64,000 nt of DNA from an uncultured bacterium (GCA_965368975.1 CBDUPA010000002.1:352001-416000); one strand, 5' to 3'. Shown: positions 25,639 through 35,954, counted from the first letter of the stretch. Notes: generated by a model from the sequence alone, not told the origin. A program made the numbers and translations.

Positions 25639-25965
25639 TCAGGCGCGTGCCGGGACCCGAATCCGCTGCTGTTCGGGCTCCGCGTGCGGACGGTAGAAGA
25701 TGGCGTTGTGACCAACGACGCCGACCAGCGCACTACTGGAACGCTCCGCGATCTCGGCCGCCAACTGTTTGCGCTCGTCCTTGAACTCGACGAAGCGCAC
25801 CTTGATCAGCTCGTGGCTCTCCAGCGCCTCGACCACGTTGCGCAGTAGGGAATCGGTGATTCCGCTCTTGCCCAAGTGCACCACCGGCTTGACGGCATGA
25901 GCGATGCCGCGCAGGTACTTGCGCTGGAAGCCCTGCAACTCGGGCGCGGTGATCCCGGCTGTCAT
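25639..25965 (-). CDS. yhbY: YhbY/CRM-domain RNA-binding protein
   Basis: RKYLRGIAHAVKPVVHLGKSG, HELIKV, VGHNAIFYR. Confidence 0.92.
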   Translation of the reverse strand: MTAGITAPELQGFQRKYLRGIAHAVKPVVHLGKSGITDSLLRNVVEALESHELIKVRFVEFKDERKQLAAEIAERSSSALVGVVGHNAIFYRPHAEPEQQRIRVPARA

Positions 25966-28418
25966 CAGGCTTGCCCCTGCGGGCGGAAGAACAGTGGGAA
26001 ACGGCCAGGGGCAGTCTCGTGCATCATTTCGTAGACCACCTCGAAGATTGTCTGAACGTTGGGTTTGGCGTAGTAGTCGCCGTCGGAACCGTAGGGCGGA
26101 CGGTGCTGTGCCGCTGGTAGGGTGCGCGGCTCCGAGTCGAGCCAGTGGAAGCCCCCCTGCGTCTCGACGACATGGCGCATCATGTAGGCGGTGGCGCCAC
26201 CCGGTACGTCCTCGTCGACGAAGAGGACGCGGTTGGTCTTCTTGACCGAGTCGAGGATGCTGGCGTGGCGGTCGAAGGGCAGCAGCGTCTGGATATCGAT
26301 GATTTCGACCTCGATACCGAGTTCGCTGAGCGTGTCGGCAGCAGCCAGGGCGATGCGGCAGCAGGCACCGTAGGTGACGAGAGTGACGTCCGTGCCTGTC
26401 CGCAGGACCTCCGGAATGCCCAGTGGTACGGTGAAGTCTGCGACGTTCTCAGGCAGCGCTTCTTTCAGACGGTAGCCGTTGAGCACCTCGACGACCAGCG
26501 CGGGATCATCACCGCGCAGCAGCGTGTTGTACATGCCAGCCGCCTGCGTCATGTCGCGCGGCACACAGATCCACATGCCCCGCAGTAAGTTGACCACCGC
26601 GCCCATCGGCGAGCCGGAGTGCCAGACTCCCTCGAGCCGGTGGCCTCGAGTGCGCACGATCATCGGCGCCTTTTGACCGCCGCGCGTCCGGAACTGCACG
26701 GTGGCGGTGTCGTCCGACAGAATCTGGAGGCCGTAGAGCAGGTAGTCGAGGTATTGGATCTCTGCGAGCGGGCGCAAGCCGCGCATAGCCATGCCGATCG
26801 CCTGCCCCATGATCGTCGCTTCACGGATGCCGGTGTCGGTCACCCGCAGCTCGCCGAACATGTCCTGCAGGCCGGTCATACCCTTGTTGACGTCACCCAG
26901 CTTGCCGACGTCCTCACCGAAGGCAATCAACTCCGGCATGCGTTCCATGTTGGCCTTGAAACAGGCATTGACCACGTCGGACCCCGGCACCATTTTCGGC
27001 TTCTCTGGATACGTCGCCGGGATCGCCTCTACGTGCAGCGGGCTATGCCGTGATTCACTGTAGAGGAGCGTGCCGTAGTGGTCGCGGGTCTGACGGTCGT
27101 GAGCGTCCAACCAGCTCACCAACGCACTACGTTCCGGCGTCGGCTCCTCGCGAACGGCCAACAGGAGTTCGTGGCCGGCGATCGCCATGTCGCGACGTAG
27201 CGGCGTCTTGAGACGAGACAGCTTCTGGACCACCTTGTCGACTTCGTCGCTACGCTGCGGCGATGTCCCGACGATCGCGTCCACATGGTGCTGGAACTGC
27301 GCCAACTCTTCCAGGATCGGCGCCTGATAGGCGGCCCATGCACCGTCACGAGCCTGCTGGACACGCAGCTTGGCCGCTTTCTCGATGCGCTGCAGCTCGG
27401 ACTCGTCCGCATAGCCGCTATCGAGCAGCCACTGGCGCATGTGAAGCAGGCAGTCGTTCTCTTTCTCCCACTTCAGACGCTCCGGCGTCTTGTACCGCTC
27501 GTGGCTGCCGGACGTCGAGTGGCCGAGCGGCTGCGTCAGTTCGATAGCGTGGACGACCACGGGCACGTGGTCGCGGCGGGCGATTTGCTCCGCGCGCGCA
27601 TAGGTCCGGCGCAGCTCCGGGTAGTTCCAGCCTGGCACCGTCATCAGCTCGATGCCCGTGTCGCCAGGGCCACTGCGCTGGAAACCGGACAGCAGCTTGC
27701 TGAGATCGTCGCGGGCGATCTGGACGTGGTTGGGCACCGAGATGCCGTAGGCGTCGTCCCAGATCGACATCAGCATCGGCGCCTGCAGGACACCGATTGC
27801 GTTCATGGCTTCCCAGAACATTCCTTCCGCGCAGCTGGCATTACCAATCGTGCCCCAGGCTACCTCGTCACCGTTGTGCGAGAAGGTTGTCAGGCCCTGC
27901 AGTCCGTCGAGCTGACGGTACAGCTTCGACGCATAGGCCAGTCCCACCAGGCGCGGCATCTGCGAGCCCGTGGGAGAGACGTCGGCGGAGCAGTTCGGCT
28001 GCGCAAGCATCGGGATCCAGTCGCCGTTCTCATCGAGGGTGCGCGTGGCAAAGTGACCGTTCATACAGCGACCGCCGGACGCGGGCTCGTGCTCGATGCT
28101 GGTATGCGCGTACAGCTGTGCCATGTAGTGCTCAATGGTCAGCATGCCGGAGGCGAGCATGAAGGTTTGATCCCGGTAGTATCCCGAACGGAAGTCTCCG
28201 TTACGGAAGTAGCGCGCCATCGCCACCTGCGGGACCTCCTTACCGTCGCCGAAGATGCCGAACTTGGCCTTGCCGGAAAAGACCTCGTTCCAACTCAGCT
28301 GACTCAGCTCACGGCTCTCTACGGCGACGCGATAGTCGTCCAGAACCTCTTCGCGCTCGAATTCGATTGCTCGGTTCTCGGGTTCAACCTTCGGGGTCTC
28401 GACAATAGCCAGATCCAT
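25965..28418 (-). CDS. Fused 2-oxoacid dehydrogenase E1 alpha/beta (probable branched-chain type)
   Basis: GKAKFGIFGDGKE, GYYRDQT, GHSTSGSHERYK, FGEDVG, DTGIRE, EIQYLDY, WHSGSP. Confidence 0.9.
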   Translation of the reverse strand: MDLAIVETPKVEPENRAIEFEREEVLDDYRVAVESRELSQLSWNEVFSGKAKFGIFGDGKEVPQVAMARYFRNGDFRSGYYRDQTFMLASGMLTIEHYMAQLYAHTSIEHEPASGGRCMNGHFATRTLDENGDWIPMLAQPNCSADVSPTGSQMPRLVGLAYASKLYRQLDGLQGLTTFSHNGDEVAWGTIGNASCAEGMFWEAMNAIGVLQAPMLMSIWDDAYGISVPNHVQIARDDLSKLLSGFQRSGPGDTGIELMTVPGWNYPELRRTYARAEQIARRDHVPVVVHAIELTQPLGHSTSGSHERYKTPERLKWEKENDCLLHMRQWLLDSGYADESELQRIEKAAKLRVQQARDGAWAAYQAPILEELAQFQHHVDAIVGTSPQRSDEVDKVVQKLSRLKTPLRRDMAIAGHELLLAVREEPTPERSALVSWLDAHDRQTRDHYGTLLYSESRHSPLHVEAIPATYPEKPKMVPGSDVVNACFKANMERMPELIAFGEDVGKLGDVNKGMTGLQDMFGELRVTDTGIREATIMGQAIGMAMRGLRPLAEIQYLDYLLYGLQILSDDTATVQFRTRGGQKAPMIVRTRGHRLEGVWHSGSPMGAVVNLLRGMWICVPRDMTQAAGMYNTLLRGDDPALVVEVLNGYRLKEALPENVADFTVPLGIPEVLRTGTDVTLVTYGACCRIALAAADTLSELGIEVEIIDIQTLLPFDRHASILDSVKKTNRVLFVDEDVPGGATAYMMRHVVETQGGFHWLDSEPRTLPAAQHRPPYGSDGDYYAKPNVQTIFEVVYEMMHETAPGRFPLFFRPQGQA

Positions 28419-28527
28419 CAGTAGTTCCTCAGTTTGGTGGCGTTGGGAGTCAGGCGGTGCAGGAGGGTAGCGAGCGCACCAAGTCCTGAATGGTAGCACA
28501 GCCTCCTGCAGTGATACCTTCGACGAT

Positions 28528-31500
28528 ATGGGTGAAGTGGAGCCGACTGGTCCAGTAGATCAGCAGGCGGATGGAGAGCTGCGGGAACGAGATCGGGAAG
28601 CACGCCGGCTGGCACAGGTGCAATTTGACCGTCCGCTTGCGCTCGAGGCTGGAGCCGGCACCGGCAAGACGACCACGCTCGTCGCACGCATCCTGGCCTG
28701 GAGTCTGCACCAAGGCTGGGCGCGCGCGCAGGCGCGGGTGCAGACCCGTTTGGCAGGAGTGTCGGGCAAGTCCGGTGGGATCGTCGACCTGGACGAGCGA
28801 GTCGCCGCCGATGTGCTGTCGCGCGTTGTTGCCATCACCTTCACGGAAGCTGCCGCGGCGGAAATGGCAAGCCGCGTCGCCGGGGCATTGGCACTCCTGG
28901 CCAAAGGCGAGATGCCCGGCTGGCTGCTGCCCGAGGCTGTGCCGGAATCCCACCTGGTACAACGCCGTGCACGCGCCCTGGCAGCAACGCTCGACCACTT
29001 CTCCGCCCGGACGATCCATGCCTACTGTCGCAGCTTGCTCAACCAGCATGCCCTGGCGGCCGGACTGCATCCACGGCTGGTGGTCGATGCCGAAGGCGAG
29101 CTTACCGATGAGATCGTTCGCGAGATCGTCGAGGAAGAACTGCAAGAAGCCTACGGTGGCCTCGGCGACGAGGTCTATCTACCATTGGCTGCCGATGGCG
29201 TGGGCCCGCGAGAGATAGCCGAATCCCTGTGCCAGCTGGTGCAGGCAGGAGCAGCTGCCACTTTGCTGGCGGAGCCGATCCACCGGTCCACGGGTTGGGC
29301 GACCCTCGCGCAGCGGCTGCACAGCAAATTGGAGGCCCTGGGCAGCTTGGGCGCCGCGTTGGAGGGTTTGCCGGTACACCACCGGCGTGGCCGTGCGGTT
29401 CTGGCCGCAACCTGGCGTAGCCTGTCAACGTTGCAACCGCTTCTCGTCCGTGCCGTCAGTGCGGCTGGTGTTGGCCAGGTGAAGCCCCTTCAGGCCGTCG
29501 CGAATGAGGCAGTCGGGGATGAGGCAATCGGGGCGGATATCTTGGGGCCTGTTCTGAGCGACCTGCGTGCTCTGTGGTCGGCACCGCTGGAGCGGCTGGC
29601 AGCCTGGGCCCGCGGTGACTTCACCAAGACGGAAGGGCACCTGCTGGGACCGCGTCGGGCTCCGCGCGTTCGAGCGCTGTGCAGCCAGCTGTACCCACTA
29701 CTGCAACATACGCTCGAGCTGAGGCCGCGACGACTGGAGCTTCGGCGTAGGGCCCTGGCACCGCTGTATCGCCAGGTGCGCGAGGAGCTTCGGCGGCGGG
29801 GGGTGTTGACGTTCGAGGATCTTCTGAGCGAGACCCGCAGCTTGCTGACCGCGCGGCCCGAGGTCGTCGAGGAGGTTCGTTCACAGGTGGAGCAGCTGCT
29901 GGTCGACGAGTTCCAGGACACCGACCACTTGCAGTGCGAGATCGTCGAGCAGCTGGCCCTCAGCACCTCCCACGCAGGACCAAGGCCGGGCTTGTTCGTG
30001 GTCGGGGATCCCAAGCAGTCGATCTTCGGCTGGCGCAGCGCGGACCTGCGGGCGTACCACGGCTTCCTGGGGCGTCTAGAGACACGGGAGGGCTCGGTGC
30101 ACACACTGAGCGAGAACTACCGCTCGATTCCCGCGATTCTGGACCACGTACAGCGGCTGGTAGCTCCAGTCATGCACGAGGAGCAGGGTCTGCAGCCGCG
30201 CTTCGTTCCACTCCTGCCGTCACCAGAGCGGGTCGCCGCCGCAGAAGTTGCAGCTCCCGACCTCGACGGACCGGCGCTCGAACACTGGATCTCGTGGTCG
30301 GCCGAGGGACCGGCCACGCGCGTGCGGGACGCTGCGGAACTGGAAGCTGGCGCACTGGCGCGCGACCTGCGGCGACTGCACCGCGCTGGCATCGCCTGGA
30401 AACGGATCGGAGTGCTCTTTCGCAGCGCCAACGACATCGGGCCATACCTGGAGGCGCTGCGCGCTGCGGACATTCCCTTCCTCGTTGCCCGGGATCCGCA
30501 GTATTACCGGCGACGCGAGATCATCGAGCTCGCTGCCTTGATTCGCACGATCCTCGATCCCACGGACCACCTGGCACTGCTCACCTCGTTGCGGTCGATC
30601 TACATCGGAGTGCCCGACGCCGCACTCCTGCCCCTGTGGCGTGCCGGGCTGCCTCTTCGCTTCGCGACCTTGGGCTACACCTCCCAGGATCTCGATTCCT
30701 GGCTGGCTGACGTGTTGCCGCGGGTACCGAGCGATGTGCCTGGTCTCGAGCGGTTGCCATCATGGCCTGGAGGGCTGCGGGCAGCGGCGCGGCACGTCGC
30801 GGAGCTACGGCGCTGCTACCGGGCCGAGTCCGCCGAGCTGTTCGTGGAACGTCTGCGTCACCGCTTCGCTCAGGAGGTTCTCGAGAGCGGGCGCTATCTC
30901 GGTAGCTTCCGGCTGGCCAACCTTGATCGCCTCTTGCGGCGCCTGCGCGGATGGTTCGAGGACGGAGCCGATGCCTCTGTGCTCTTGCGGCGGCTGCGGC
31001 GCAACCTGGCAGAGGCGGGCGACGCTCACAGCGAGCGACCCCCGGATGGTGACGAAGACGCCGTTCGCCTGCTGACCATCCACCGCGCCAAGGGTCTGGA
31101 CTTTCGCCATGTCTACGTCCTGCAGCTGCACAAGCGGACCTCAGACCAGCCTCGCCAGGCCACCGAGGTTGCAACGGTGCGGGCAACCGACGGCTCGCCG
31201 GCCAGAGATGAGTTCCGCCTGCTGGGACTCGCGTCTCCCGGCTTTGACTTGGTACGGAGCGAACGGCAGGCTGTAGCCGGGGCGGAACGCGTGCGGCTGC
31301 TGTACGTCGCCGTGACGCGTGCACGGAGACGGTTGGTGCTCGCTGGTATCTGGCCACCGCGAGCGCGGGACGCTACACCAGCTGACAGTCTGGCCGCGTT
31401 GGTCGCGCGAGGCGTCCGTGCCTACCGCATTGGAGGACCAGGTGCGAAAGCCCCTAGCGACAGCCCGAGACCGGGCCTGGCTAGCGTCAGTCGCTACCTT

Positions 31501-32418
31501 GCCGCCTGTGAGGAGAGCGGGCTCCCCTTCCTGGACCGCTCCGGCGCCCGCTGGTTCTTCCCGGCTCTGGCAACCACGGGCGACCGGCCGCCGGTCGCGG
31601 CGCCGGTAGGTCCGCAGCTCGACCGCCTCCTGGACCAAGCTGCACAACTACGAGAGCTTCGCCACGGCGCGACAAGCCGCATGCAACAGCCGCGACGCAG
31701 GGCTGCCTCAGAAGAGGCGCATTCCGAGTTACTGGAGGAGTTACTTGCGGGACGTAACAGCGAGGCCTGGGACGAGTGGGAGGGAAAGGCCCCACCAAAG
31801 GCGCACATCCCGCGGCTTGAACGGCGGCTGGCGCAGGCTGTGGGTACGGCCGTGCACCGTGCCCTGGAGATGATCGACTTTCAGCTGGAGCCCGCAGTCG
31901 CCATCGCTCAGCAGGTCGCTCTCCTGCCCGGCCGGCTGCGCGACGTGCTACCCGGCGCTCACCTGGCTCGCGCACTGTCGGAGAGTCAGCGGCTGTTGGA
32001 GCGGATCGCCCACGGACGTTTGCTGGCTGAGCTTTGGCAGCTGCGCGATCACATTATCGGTCGCGAAGTCCCTGTCTGGCTGCCACCGCAGGGAGACGAG
32101 GAAGGACAGGACAACGTGCGGAATCCACTGGAGGTCGTCGCGGGCACGATCGACCTGCTGTACGTGGAACCCGGAAGTGGACGCCTCGTGATCGTGGACT
32201 ACAAGACGGACCAGATTCACGACGACCAGGAACTACAGCAACGGACCGGAGCCTACCGGCGTCAAGGACGTGTCTACCAGCGCGCCCTGGTGGACGCCCT
32301 GGGTCTGCCGCAAACACCCTGGTTCGAACTCTGGTTCCTCACACTCGATCTGCGCATTCGAGTGGAGGAGCCGGCACGGTACAATCGCGATCATGTTTCT
32401 CGCCCTGAACAGTCCTGA
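28528..32418 (+). CDS. addA: AddA/RecB-like UvrD helicase with C-terminal PD-(D/E)XK nuclease
   Basis: AGAGTGKT, ITFTEAAA, VDEFQDT, VGDPKQSI, NYRS, TIHRAKGL, YVAVTRA, GTIDLL..IVDYKT. Confidence 0.88.
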   Translation: MGEVEPTGPVDQQADGELRERDREARRLAQVQFDRPLALEAGAGTGKTTTLVARILAWSLHQGWARAQARVQTRLAGVSGKSGGIVDLDERVAADVLSRVVAITFTEAAAAEMASRVAGALALLAKGEMPGWLLPEAVPESHLVQRRARALAATLDHFSARTIHAYCRSLLNQHALAAGLHPRLVVDAEGELTDEIVREIVEEELQEAYGGLGDEVYLPLAADGVGPREIAESLCQLVQAGAAATLLAEPIHRSTGWATLAQRLHSKLEALGSLGAALEGLPVHHRRGRAVLAATWRSLSTLQPLLVRAVSAAGVGQVKPLQAVANEAVGDEAIGADILGPVLSDLRALWSAPLERLAAWARGDFTKTEGHLLGPRRAPRVRALCSQLYPLLQHTLELRPRRLELRRRALAPLYRQVREELRRRGVLTFEDLLSETRSLLTARPEVVEEVRSQVEQLLVDEFQDTDHLQCEIVEQLALSTSHAGPRPGLFVVGDPKQSIFGWRSADLRAYHGFLGRLETREGSVHTLSENYRSIPAILDHVQRLVAPVMHEEQGLQPRFVPLLPSPERVAAAEVAAPDLDGPALEHWISWSAEGPATRVRDAAELEAGALARDLRRLHRAGIAWKRIGVLFRSANDIGPYLEALRAADIPFLVARDPQYYRRREIIELAALIRTILDPTDHLALLTSLRSIYIGVPDAALLPLWRAGLPLRFATLGYTSQDLDSWLADVLPRVPSDVPGLERLPSWPGGLRAAARHVAELRRCYRAESAELFVERLRHRFAQEVLESGRYLGSFRLANLDRLLRRLRGWFEDGADASVLLRRLRRNLAEAGDAHSERPPDGDEDAVRLLTIHRAKGLDFRHVYVLQLHKRTSDQPRQATEVATVRATDGSPARDEFRLLGLASPGFDLVRSERQAVAGAERVRLLYVAVTRARRRLVLAGIWPPRARDATPADSLAALVARGVRAYRIGGPGAKAPSDSPRPGLASVSRYLAACEESGLPFLDRSGARWFFPALATTGDRPPVAAPVGPQLDRLLDQAAQLRELRHGATSRMQQPRRRAASEEAHSELLEELLAGRNSEAWDEWEGKAPPKAHIPRLERRLAQAVGTAVHRALEMIDFQLEPAVAIAQQVALLPGRLRDVLPGAHLARALSESQRLLERIAHGRLLAELWQLRDHIIGREVPVWLPPQGDEEGQDNVRNPLEVVAGTIDLLYVEPGSGRLVIVDYKTDQIHDDQELQQRTGAYRRQGRVYQRALVDALGLPQTPWFELWFLTLDLRIRVEEPARYNRDHVSRPEQS

Positions 32419-32443
32419 TGACTATGACCGACGGAGACCCGCT

Positions 32444-33022
32444 GTGAACCAAGCCAAGTCCTTCCTGTTGTCCCTCGCGGCCGCGGGCATTCTGCTCGTG
32501 GCTTGCCAGCCGTCCAACTCCAGCGCGCCTGAGCAAGACGCACCAGCCACGTCCGAGCGGGCTGAGAGTCCGCAGCTCGGTCTGGCTCTGGCCAATGTGC
32601 CCGAGGGCTTCCAGGTCGTCGAGGAGAACGAGCTGCGGTTGCAGCGGACCGACGATCAGACCGGTGAAGTGTGGATCGAGGTCGGCCCAGTGGTCGAGAG
32701 CATCAACTTGGTGCAGGAAGTTCGCAACTGGGAGAAGCGCTTCGATGAGATGCCCGGCGGTGACTTCAAGGGACAGATGGAACTAGGTACCCAGTTTGGT
32801 TCCGCCTACTCGGTCCGCGGGCGCTATCTGGAGGGCGACTTGGAGGTCGAGCAGTTCCGACTAATGAGCCTGCATCCGAACGAGTACCGACTGCTCAGTC
32901 TCATCTACACCTACCCCGCCGGCGAGGACTCGACGATGCGGAGCAACCAGGTCATGGAAGTCTTCGGTGAACTCGAAGGTCTCACCCCGGCGCCCAGCGC
33001 TACAGAAAACGCAGCTGAGTGA
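32444..33022 (+). CDS. Hypothetical lipoprotein
   Basis: GTG start with GGAG SD; signal peptide ending in lipobox LVAC. Confidence 0.7.
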   Translation: MNQAKSFLLSLAAAGILLVACQPSNSSAPEQDAPATSERAESPQLGLALANVPEGFQVVEENELRLQRTDDQTGEVWIEVGPVVESINLVQEVRNWEKRFDEMPGGDFKGQMELGTQFGSAYSVRGRYLEGDLEVEQFRLMSLHPNEYRLLSLIYTYPAGEDSTMRSNQVMEVFGELEGLTPAPSATENAAE

Positions 33023-33067
33023 GTGGAGCGAGTCGCTCGCTCTGGTAGACACGCTAGCGGGAACTAC

Positions 33068-33100
33068 AAAAGGGGGAGGAGCAGAGTGCCCCTCCCCCTT
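33068..33100 (-). terminator. Rho-independent terminator
   Basis: AAGGGGGAGG..CCTCCCCCTT stem with A-run on the left (U-tract on minus strand), between convergent genes. Confidence 0.7.
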
Positions 33101-33190
33101 GAGGTTAAACCAGACTTCAGTAATGCGTTACCGCCTACTGCCGTCACTGCACTGTGACCACGAAGCGTAAGACGGCCCCGTGAGTTTTCT

Positions 33191-33868
33191 TCAGTCGCGG
33201 CTCATTCCCAAGACGATGAATGCATAGTAGAGCAGCGTCATGATGCTGGAAACTGCGGCGGCGACGTAAGTCATGGCGGCAGCGTTCAGCACCTTCGACA
33301 TTCCGCGCTGCTCCTCCTGAGTCACCAAGCCGAATTGCATCGCCAGTTTCTTCGCGCGACTCGAGGCGTCGAACTCAACCGGCAAGGTCACCAGCTGGAA
33401 CAGCACGACCGCCGAAAATAGAAAGACACCCAACATCGCCAGACCGGCCATGTTGAGGAAGAGACCGGCGAAGATGACGATGATGCCGAGGTTGGAACCG
33501 ATGCCGGCACTCGGCACCAGGATAGAGCGGATCCAGAGCGGCTTGTAGGCTTTGGCATGCTGGATCGCGTGTCCTGCTTCGTGACAGGCGACCCCGACGG
33601 CGGCAACGCTGTGCGAGCGATACACATCCGGTGACAGCGCGAGCGTCTTGTTCATCGGATTGTAGTGATCGCTCAGGAAACCCTGGGTCTCACGGATCTG
33701 CACGTCGTGAATACCCGCCCGCTCGAGCAGGACCTGGGCCGCTTGCGCGCCGGTAAAGCCGCGGGCGGCCGGCACGCGAGAGTACTTCTTGAAGGCCGAG
33801 CGGGTCTTCCAGCTCGCCCAGCCGGAGAGCAGGAGCGCCGGCAGCATGACGAATAGGATGTAGGACAT
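33191..33868 (-). CDS. Membrane zinc metallopeptidase (Zn_peptidase_2/YugP family)
   Basis: LSDHYNP, HEAGHAIQH, TLPVEFDASSRA, VLNAAAMTYVAA; SD GAGGAGG. Confidence 0.92.
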   Translation of the reverse strand: MSYILFVMLPALLLSGWASWKTRSAFKKYSRVPAARGFTGAQAAQVLLERAGIHDVQIRETQGFLSDHYNPMNKTLALSPDVYRSHSVAAVGVACHEAGHAIQHAKAYKPLWIRSILVPSAGIGSNLGIIVIFAGLFLNMAGLAMLGVFLFSAVVLFQLVTLPVEFDASSRAKKLAMQFGLVTQEEQRGMSKVLNAAAMTYVAAAVSSIMTLLYYAFIVLGMSRD

Positions 33869-34096
33869 GTAGCCTCCTCGTGATGTAGGTTCTCTTGAGA
33901 GTGGAGACAGCGGGGAATCTCTCCCGCACGTTAGACCTGAGTCTTCCGGACTTACATTCCGGAGCCGCCCTATCTTAGCAGGTACTATGGCCTGTGCGTA
34001 GAGACGCGATTGGGCGTGATTTGGCGAGGGAAGAGGGGCAGGCGGGTCGTACAGCTGTGCAGGGGGGGGATCAGCAAGCTGGATTAGCTCGGACGA

Positions 34097-34258
34097 TCAG
34101 TGGGGATCCACGGGGGCACCGGGGCTCGGACTGTGACGGCCGTCACGGCGCAGAAAGCGCGTCAACTCTCGCCCAACATACAGAACCAGGACCACGACCA
34201 CCACGTAGGCAGCGGTCCAGGCCAGCTCTGAAGTAGGGTTGTAGCTGAGAATTTCCAT
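34097..34258 (-). CDS. Small single-TM hypothetical protein (53 aa)
   Basis: GGAG SD before ATG 34258; hydrophobic AAYVVVVVLVLYVG followed by basic residues. Confidence 0.5.
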   Translation of the reverse strand: MEILSYNPTSELAWTAAYVVVVVLVLYVGRELTRFLRRDGRHSPSPGAPVDPH

Positions 34259-34406
34259 CGTCGTCTCCGATCTCGCGCTCATCTTGGCCCGGGCACCTTG
34301 CGTCCCGCCCTCGTTCTGTTGAAACAAGGCTCGAGGTGCTACCTATTCCAGCATCACGAGCCCCGAGACCCGTCGCCCGGGGCTCCACCTGGGGTAGCAT
34401 CCGCCC

Positions 34407-34850
34407 ATGAGCGACACCCGCAAGCAGAGTCCATCGCCCGACTACTATCCACCTCTGACTGCTCAGGGCCGGGATCCGGCCATCCGCGTGATGCTCCTGC
34501 CGCGTGACACCAATGCCGTCGGCACCATCTTCGGTGGCATCATCCTGTCCTACATCGATCAGGCGGGCGCCGTGGAGGCACACCGCTGGGTCAGCGGACC
34601 GGTGGTTACCGTCGCTATGCGCGAGGTCGAGTTTCACGAACCGGTGTTCGTGGGCGATCTCGTCAGCCTCTATACCCGCACACTACGACTGGGTCGGACC
34701 TCGATCACCGTCAAGGTCGAAGTCGAGTCGGAGCGACGTTGCCAGGATGGTGAGGTGGTCAAGGTCACCGAAGCCGAAGTGGTCTACGTCCATGTGGACG
34801 ACCAGCGCCACCCGATCCCGCTCGATCTGGCCCCGGAAGGGTCTGGCTAG
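34407..34850 (+). CDS. Hotdog-fold acyl-CoA thioesterase (YciA-like)
   Basis: [34 protein letters not shown]. Confidence 0.92.
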   Translation: MSDTRKQSPSPDYYPPLTAQGRDPAIRVMLLPRDTNAVGTIFGGIILSYIDQAGAVEAHRWVSGPVVTVAMREVEFHEPVFVGDLVSLYTRTLRLGRTSITVKVEVESERRCQDGEVVKVTEAEVVYVHVDDQRHPIPLDLAPEGSG

Positions 34851-34854
34851 CCCT

Positions 34855-35499
34855 TCAGCTGAAGCCCTTGTCAACGACCGCATCGATATCCTCGGTGCTT
34901 CTCGAGGAACCCGCTCGGTCTCCGGCGCCTCGTGCCTGGGTCGCGGGAGAGTAATCCTCGAAGCAGCGCCGGCAGCGAGCCTCGTACGCATCCAGGTCGC
35001 CAACCTGTACCTGCTCGGCACCGCCCGCGATCCGCTGACTGTAGTGAGCCGGTTGGCCACAGCGAACGCACACCGCGTGCATCTTGTCAACGTACTCTGC
35101 CATCGCCAGTAGGTGCGGCATCGGGCCGAATGGCTGGCGCTGGAAGTCTTGATCCAGACCGGCGATGATCACACGAACGCCCGCGTCCGCCAGTTCGGTG
35201 ACCAGCGCCACCAGCCCATCGTCGAAGAACTGCGCTTCGTCGATACCCACCACCTGTACACCGAAATGCAGCTGTGCTCGCAGGGCTTGGCTGTTGATCA
35301 CTGAGCGGGCCTCCTGCTCACGATTGTCCCGTGTCACGACACCATCTGGATGGTGGCGCGTGTCGGCGCGCGGCTTGAAGACCTGCACTCTCTGCCGAGC
35401 AATTTCAGCCCGGCGGATGCGCCGGACCAGTTCCTCGCTCTTGCCGGAGAACATGCCTCCAGCGATCACCTCGATGTGTCCCGTCGTACGTTCGTTCAT
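34855..35499 (-). CDS. tdk: Thymidine kinase
   Basis: GGMFSGKSEEL, IDEAQFF, AGLDQDF, CxxC..YEARCRRC zinc motif. Confidence 0.95.
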   Translation of the reverse strand: MNERTTGHIEVIAGGMFSGKSEELVRRIRRAEIARQRVQVFKPRADTRHHPDGVVTRDNREQEARSVINSQALRAQLHFGVQVVGIDEAQFFDDGLVALVTELADAGVRVIIAGLDQDFQRQPFGPMPHLLAMAEYVDKMHAVCVRCGQPAHYSQRIAGGAEQVQVGDLDAYEARCRRCFEDYSPATQARGAGDRAGSSRSTEDIDAVVDKGFS

Positions 35500-35954
35500 T
35501 CCTGTCCACGATAGAGAGTTTCCACCGCCTCTGCCGTCAGGCCGGCAATCTCGCCCGCCACGATCCGCGCAACCGCCAGGCCAGCCTCGGCGGCGGCGGC
35601 GGTCCCCGCTTCCGAGGCCTCGAGTGCGAGAACCTCATGCGGATGCACCAGCCGGTCCGGGAGCGGTGGCAATGAGTTGAAATCTTCCAAGGCTCTTACG
35701 TAGGCGCGCGCCCCGTGCGCACCGCCGCCGGGACTTTCGCTGCTGACCACCACCTTGACGATGTCCGACAGTCGGCTCTGCTGCAGTGCGGAGTGCATCT
35801 CCTGCAAACGGGCCGCACCCACGGCACCCACCATCCAACCGCGTGCCACGAAGCTGGCCAAGAGTTCCTCAGCGCCTGCGACAACCATTGCCCGTCGGGA
35901 ATCGACGCGTCTCACGAGAACACCATCGTAGGCGAGCAACACAGCACGCAGCAT
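35496..35954 (-). CDS. HAD-superfamily-like protein, capless, catalytic Asp residues substituted
   Basis: VLLAYDGVLV (motif I), GAEELL, PHEVLALEASEAG..AAAEAGL (motif IV); ATGA overlap with tdk. Confidence 0.65.
   Translation of the reverse strand: MLRAVLLAYDGVLVRRVDSRRAMVVAGAEELLASFVARGWMVGAVGAARLQEMHSALQQSRLSDIVKVVVSSESPGGGAHGARAYVRALEDFNSLPPLPDRLVHPHEVLALEASEAGTAAAAEAGLAVARIVAGEIAGLTAEAVETLYRGQE

Noticed and set aside
33870-33970. Riboswitch or HAIR/CIRCE operator upstream of the Zn peptidase
   Set aside because: Short palindromes (TCCGGA x2) are present but match no consensus I can recognise
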